A stretch of 64,000 bases of DNA from Vulcanimicrobiota bacterium (GTDB lineage: Bacteria; Vulcanimicrobiota; Vulcanimicrobiia; Vulcanimicrobiales; Vulcanimicrobiaceae): assembly GCA_963820825.1 (NCBI GenBank), contig CAWGBN010000007.1, positions 288,001 through 352,000 on the forward strand, written 5' to 3'. This document shows, in pieces, positions 59,888 to 64,000 of this stretch (position 1 is the stretch's first letter; every line of letters starts with the position of its first letter). The notes under the pieces were generated by a model. It made no database searches, was not told where the DNA came from, and saw nothing but the letters and a program-made list of their open reading frames with translations. The position numbers and the translations under genes are program-made.

Positions 59888-60226
59888 GTGAAAACGAAAG
59901 AAATGATGACGGAACAGAAGCGGGGCGGCGGCATGTCGGTCCGGGAAGCCGGCCAAAAAGGCGGCGAAACGGTAAAGCAAAAATACGGTGCAGAGTTCTA
60001 CGAGATAATCGGCCGTAAGGGCGGACTCGCAACGAAAGAGGCCCATGGCCACGAGTTCTACGAGCAGATCGGCAAGAAGGGTGGAAAGAAGGGCGGCGAA
60101 GCGACGCGTGATCGCTATGGCCCCAACTTCTACGAACGCATTGGCCAAAAAGGTGGGCAAAAAGTCAAGCAGCTCATCGAAGAGGGCAAGCGCGCGGCCA
60201 CCGACCGTAAGCAACGCGCAAGCTAA
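59888..60226 (+). CDS. KGG-repeat general stress protein (GsiB/Em-like)
   Basis: MSVREAG-KGG plus three FYE-IG-KGG repeats. Confidence 0.9.
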   Translation: MKTKEMMTEQKRGGGMSVREAGQKGGETVKQKYGAEFYEIIGRKGGLATKEAHGHEFYEQIGKKGGKKGGEATRDRYGPNFYERIGQKGGQKVKQLIEEGKRAATDRKQRAS

Positions 60227-61019
60227 GCACTCGCGACTCGGGTTAAGCCTGAGCCTCCTTGTCCTAGCATTTGCAACGGCCGGCGTCGGAACGGTAGGGG
60301 CGTATCCTATCTCTCCGACGCCGATGCCCAAAGCGACGCCGTCTCCGACGGCGCCGCCTCCCTCCAACGTCTTGCCGTTTGACTCGACGTTGCTCTTCGT
60401 ACTCGACGATCCGATATCGTCGAATCATTCGAAGGGCGGCCAGTTCGTGCGCGTCCACCTCCGCAACGACCTCGTCGTCGGCGGCCGGACGATCGCGCCC
60501 GCCGGAACGCCGGGGCAGATCAAGATCGTCGACGCGTCGCCGGCCGATATCGCCGACACCTACGGTTTCGTCGACATCTACTTCGAACCGCTCGCACTTC
60601 CCGACGGCCGATCGCTGCCGCTGCGGACGCCGCTCGCGCGTCTGACGCCGAACGTCTCGGCGGGCCACGAGTCGACGGTCGGCGCGGAGGATACCGTCGG
60701 CGATATCTTCGTGCCCTACTATTCCATCTGGCAGATCGTCCGGCATGGCAAGAACTTCGTGCTCGGCGCGGGTTCTGTCGTCTCGGCCCGAACCGAAGCG
60801 ACGTTGACGACGCAGCGCGACGGCACGATCGCGATCATGACGCCGCGGCCGCTCGCCGCCGGCACCGAACCGCCAACGGCCAGCTTTCCGGTGATGCCGC
60901 TGGCGACGCCCTACGGCCCGAACGGCGCAACCCCGCATCCTCGCTCGCACCCAACGCCGGAACCTACTCCCACGACGTCACCGGCGCCTGAGGGCACCCC
61001 TTTACCGCCGCACGCATAG
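60207..61019 (+). CDS. Secreted hypothetical protein; start uncertain
   Basis: Signal-like KHSRLGLSLSLLVLAFATA, Pro/Thr linkers, F-LDD-ISS...P-GT beta domain. Confidence 0.7.
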   Translation, partial: VSNAQAKHSRLGLSLSLLVLAFATAGVGTVGAYPISPTPMPKATPSPTAPPPSNVLPFDSTLLFVLDDPISSNHSKGGQFVRVHLRNDLVVGGRTIAPAGTPGQIKIVDASPADIADTYGFVDIYFEPLALPDGRSLPLRTPLARLTPNVSAGHESTVGAEDTVGDIFVPYYSIWQIVRHGKNFVLGAGSVVSARTEATLTTQRDGTIAIMTPRPLAAGTEPPTASFPVMPLATPYGPNGATPHPRSHPTPEPTPTTSPAPEGTPLPPHA

Positions 61020-61065
61020 CGCGCGATGCTTTCGGCCTCGCTCTCGCGAAAGGCCCGTCGAGAAA

Positions 61066-61755
61066 GTGAGGTATCCCGTGCTGCTTCGTATTGCATGCGC
61101 GCTCGCCGCGTCTGCACTCATTGCGACTCCGGCATTTGCCGCGACGCCCGCACCGAAAGCGACGCTCTCACCGATGCCGCAAGGCACGGAAGTCGCGTTC
61201 GTCACCTCGATTCAAAAGGACCTCAACGCACGGTTCCCGACGCCGGCCGACGCCGTAAAGGCCGGCTACTTCCGTTACACCAATGAGGACGAAGACGGCG
61301 CGATCAGCTATGCGAACCTTCACTGGCAGAGCGGCAGCCCGCAGAACCCCAGTCAACTCTGGTACGACGTGAAGGGCAATCTGCTCGGCGCGGATTTTTC
61401 GGTGTTACAGAGCAGCTCACCCGAACCGCCGAGCGTCTGGGGCGTCAGCTACCGGCGGTGGGTCTCGTTTCGCGAGCACATCCACTACATTCTCGCCGGT
61501 CCGAACGGCACCGAAATTTACGGCGCGACGAGCGTCAAGAAGTTCGGCGATGCAGGCGGAAACGTCGACGACCCGCAGCCCGAGACGCTGGTCAAGATGG
61601 GCGAAGCGAAGAGCGTCGCCGACGTGAAGCGCGTCTTCCTCTTTCCATCGCTCTGGGATCTCATCGTCTGGATCAAACCCAACCCCAACGGCGCCTTCGC
61701 CGATAAGAACCCGCTGGTCATCCCCAGCGCCAACGCCGAAAAAGACGACATGTAG
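61066..61755 (+). CDS. Secreted hypothetical protein
   Basis: Signal peptide ending AFA; A-KAGY, LWYD--G-L-GAD, W--W--NP-G-FA--NP. Confidence 0.8.
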   Translation: MRYPVLLRIACALAASALIATPAFAATPAPKATLSPMPQGTEVAFVTSIQKDLNARFPTPADAVKAGYFRYTNEDEDGAISYANLHWQSGSPQNPSQLWYDVKGNLLGADFSVLQSSSPEPPSVWGVSYRRWVSFREHIHYILAGPNGTEIYGATSVKKFGDAGGNVDDPQPETLVKMGEAKSVADVKRVFLFPSLWDLIVWIKPNPNGAFADKNPLVIPSANAEKDDM

Positions 61756-61765
61756 CCACGCCCGG

Positions 61766-61915
61766 AGCGCGGGCGGGTCAAACGTGATGCCGAGGAAGCT
61801 CCAACCGACGAGCGTAGCCATGGAGGGCGGAGCGAGGAGGCGGTGCAGCAGGAGCGGAGGGCCGGATGCCGGAGCGACGAGCGGTTCCGAGGCGTCACGT
61901 TTGATTGCCCGCGCT
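61766..61915 (+). repeat. About 150-nt imperfect inverted-repeat hairpin element (MITE/REP-like or ncRNA)
   Basis: AGCGCGGGCGGGTCAAACGTGATGCC pairs with GGCGTCACGTTTGATTGCCCGCGCT. Confidence 0.7.
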
Positions 61916-62585
61916 AGTGCGGCGATGGGCTACTGTTTGGCGTGACGCAATACGTGGTTGCCGCGGCGAGGGCGACGTCGGTCGCCTTGTCCTCGTTGCG
62001 CGCGATGACGTCGCGCTGACCGTCGAAGCGTAAGTACGTCTTGACGTTGCGCATATCTTCGGGCTCGGCCATCTCTTGCGGATCGAATCCGCCCAGCGCC
62101 GGGTGCACGCGGTAGATCGGATAGGTCATCATCGCCTGGTACATGCCTTGCAGGTCGATCGCCAGCTGGCGCTGCTTGTCGTAGGCGGTCTGCAGATCGC
62201 CGGCCGCCTCGTGGATCTGCGCCGAGGCTTGCGGATCGGTCGTTGAGCGCGAGGCGTCGCGCAGCTCGTTGATTTCGCGCTGGATGAGCGCGAGCGAGTT
62301 ATTGAGCTGGGTCTCCTGGCGCAAGAGGTGGTTGCGGACGTCGACGAACCGCTGCACGTAATCGGGCTGCGAGAAGAGCGTGTTGAGGTCGTCGAGCTGC
62401 ACGCTGACGCCATCGAGCGTCCGGTCGTTGGCCAGCATCGGAACGAGCGCTCCGTTGAAATGCTCGGCCAGCGCCTTGCAGTAGGGCGACGAAACGACCG
62501 TGATAATCGTTTTGGGCTCGTGCGGCGTCGGTGAGGGGGTGGGCGTAGCGACGGCCAGTAGGGCGGCTAAGAGATTGCGGAACAT
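61914..62585 (-). CDS. Secreted helical hypothetical protein
   Basis: Short signal, PTPSPTP linker, LK-I--V-SS--C-like motif, coiled-coil character. Confidence 0.75.
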   Translation of the reverse strand: MFRNLLAALLAVATPTPSPTPHEPKTIITVVSSPYCKALAEHFNGALVPMLANDRTLDGVSVQLDDLNTLFSQPDYVQRFVDVRNHLLRQETQLNNSLALIQREINELRDASRSTTDPQASAQIHEAAGDLQTAYDKQRQLAIDLQGMYQAMMTYPIYRVHPALGGFDPQEMAEPEDMRNVKTYLRFDGQRDVIARNEDKATDVALAAATTYCVTPNSSPSPH

Positions 62586-62603
62586 GTTTTGGGCTTCTCA
62601 GCC

Positions 62604-63785
62604 CTATTCGTTCGTCCAGTAATCCTTGAGCGCCTTGCCGCGCGACGGATGACGGAGCTTGCGCAACGCCTTCGCCTCGATCTGCCGGATTCGTTCGCGC
62701 GTCACGCCGAACTCTTGTCCGACCTCTTCGAGGGTTCGCTGGTGGCCGTCCTCGAGACCGAAGCGTAAGACGAGCACCTTGCGCTCGCGCTCGGTGAGGT
62801 TTTGCAGTACGTCCTGCATCTTCTCTTTGAGCAACATCACCGAAGCGGCTTCGGCCGGTGCGACCGCTTCCTGATCTTCGATGAAGTCGCCGAGATGCGA
62901 GTCCTCCTCTTCACCGATCGGCGTCTCGAGCGAGATCGGCTCTTGCGAAATCTTCATGACTTCGCGAACCTTCTCGGGCGTCAGCGCCATCGCTTCGGCG
63001 ATCTCTTCGACCGAGGGCTCGCGGCCGAGCTCTTGCAGGAGCTGGCGGGAGACTTTGATCAGGCGGTTGATCGTCTCGACCATGTGAACGGGAATGCGAA
63101 TCGTTCGCGCCTGATCGGCGAGTGCACGCGTGATCGCCTGGCGAATCCACCACGTGGCGTAGGTGGAAAACTTGTAGCCTTTGCGATAGTCGAACTTCTC
63201 GACGGCGCGAATCAGGCCGAGGTTACCCTCCTGAATCAGGTCGAGGAAGAGCATCCCGCGGCCGACGTACTTCTTCGCGATCGAAACGACGAGGCGAAGG
63301 TTGGCCTCGGTGAGTTGGCGCTTCGCCTCCTCGCCGGAGTCGGTGATTCGCGTATCGGCGGCGCCGTCGCGGCTCGCCTCGAGTTCGCCGGCCTCGATGC
63401 GCATGGCCAACGATTTCTCTTGTTCCATCGAGAGCAGCGGAACGCGTCCGATCTCTTTGAGATACATCCGGACCGGATCGTCGAGCGAGAGTCCGTCCGG
63501 AATCGTCTCCTCGGCCTCTTCCTCGCGCTCGGCCTCGGGCTTTTCGTCCTTCTGCTCTTCGGCCAGCTCGATGCCCGCCGCAGCGAGCTCTTCGAAAAAC
63601 TCCTCGAGCTGCTCCGGGCTAATCTCTTCGAGCACGTCGAAAGCCGCGCTGATCTCTTCGTACGTCAGCGAACCTTGACTCTTACCGCGCGCGATGAGCT
63701 TCTTCTTCAGCTCCTCGAGCGTTACCGGCGCTTCGGCCACCGGCGTACCGCCGGACTTCTTGCGTGCCATCTTCTTAGTTTCCAC
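62604..63785 (-). CDS. rpoD: Primary RNA polymerase sigma factor
   Basis: Region 1.1, [53 protein letters not shown]. Confidence 0.98.
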   Translation of the reverse strand: METKKMARKKSGGTPVAEAPVTLEELKKKLIARGKSQGSLTYEEISAAFDVLEEISPEQLEEFFEELAAAGIELAEEQKDEKPEAEREEEAEETIPDGLSLDDPVRMYLKEIGRVPLLSMEQEKSLAMRIEAGELEASRDGAADTRITDSGEEAKRQLTEANLRLVVSIAKKYVGRGMLFLDLIQEGNLGLIRAVEKFDYRKGYKFSTYATWWIRQAITRALADQARTIRIPVHMVETINRLIKVSRQLLQELGREPSVEEIAEAMALTPEKVREVMKISQEPISLETPIGEEEDSHLGDFIEDQEAVAPAEAASVMLLKEKMQDVLQNLTERERKVLVLRFGLEDGHQRTLEEVGQEFGVTRERIRQIEAKALRKLRHPSRGKALKDYWTNE

Positions 63786-63803
63786 CTCCTTTCCGTATCA
63801 TGC

Positions 63804-64000
63804 TTACCGTTTCAGCTTCGCGACGAGCGCCTCGAACTCTCCGCGCAACTCGTCCGAAACCATTTTTCCGTTCGAGAGCCGATCGTCGATGAGATCGGAT
63901 AGCTCCCGATAACGCCGCCGTTCGTCCTCGAGCCGCAGCCGCTCCACCACGCGATCCAAGTGCGCGCGACGCTCGTCTGAGTCGCCGTAGCGCACCGTCG
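63804..64000 (-). CDS. dnaG: Probable C-terminus of DNA primase (truncated by window edge)
   Basis: Helical C-terminus directly upstream of rpoD; the call rests on conserved dnaG-rpoD synteny. Confidence 0.6.
   Translation of the reverse strand, partial: TVRYGDSDERRAHLDRVVERLRLEDERRRYRELSDLIDDRLSNGKMVSDELRGEFEALVAKLKR

Noticed and set aside
59888..60226. Periodic DNA repeats as a CRISPR-like array
   Set aside because: Explained by KGG protein repeats; no CRISPR array was seen anywhere in the window.

Overview
High-GC, gene-dense chromosomal window with about 60 CDS and one tRNA-Leu(GAG); no CRISPR array, integrase or transposase was seen. Gene content (copper-amine-oxidase stalk protein, NHL-type lipoproteins, secreted TonB_C protein, futalosine pathway, compact RpoD) suggests a Terrabacteria-type soil bacterium, possibly Eremiobacterota; this is inference only. 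Housekeeping blocks: ETF-QO-thiO-thiS-thiG; a 2-oxoacid dehydrogenase operon with two tandem E1-alpha genes running into queD-queE-mqnB-mqnD-namZ; glcDE; trxB; type III PKS plus methyltransferase; pepN-dacB-tldD-pmbA-malic enzyme-MocR; an orphan RND pump; kamB-kamC-kce plus dppBC; dnaG-rpoD. Most unusual signals: (1) at least seven otherwise intact genes have no ATG/GTG/TTG where their conserved N-terminus or signal peptide requires one, and show ATT/ACG/GTA/GCG instead; (2) a coupled six-gene operon led by two apparently catalytically dead enzyme homologues; (3) a 150-nt G-U-containing hairpin element at 61766-61915; (4) an RND pump with extra transmembrane segments. A cluster of single-base indels at 16.8-19.7 kb suggests local assembly errors, which weakens any claim from that stretch.
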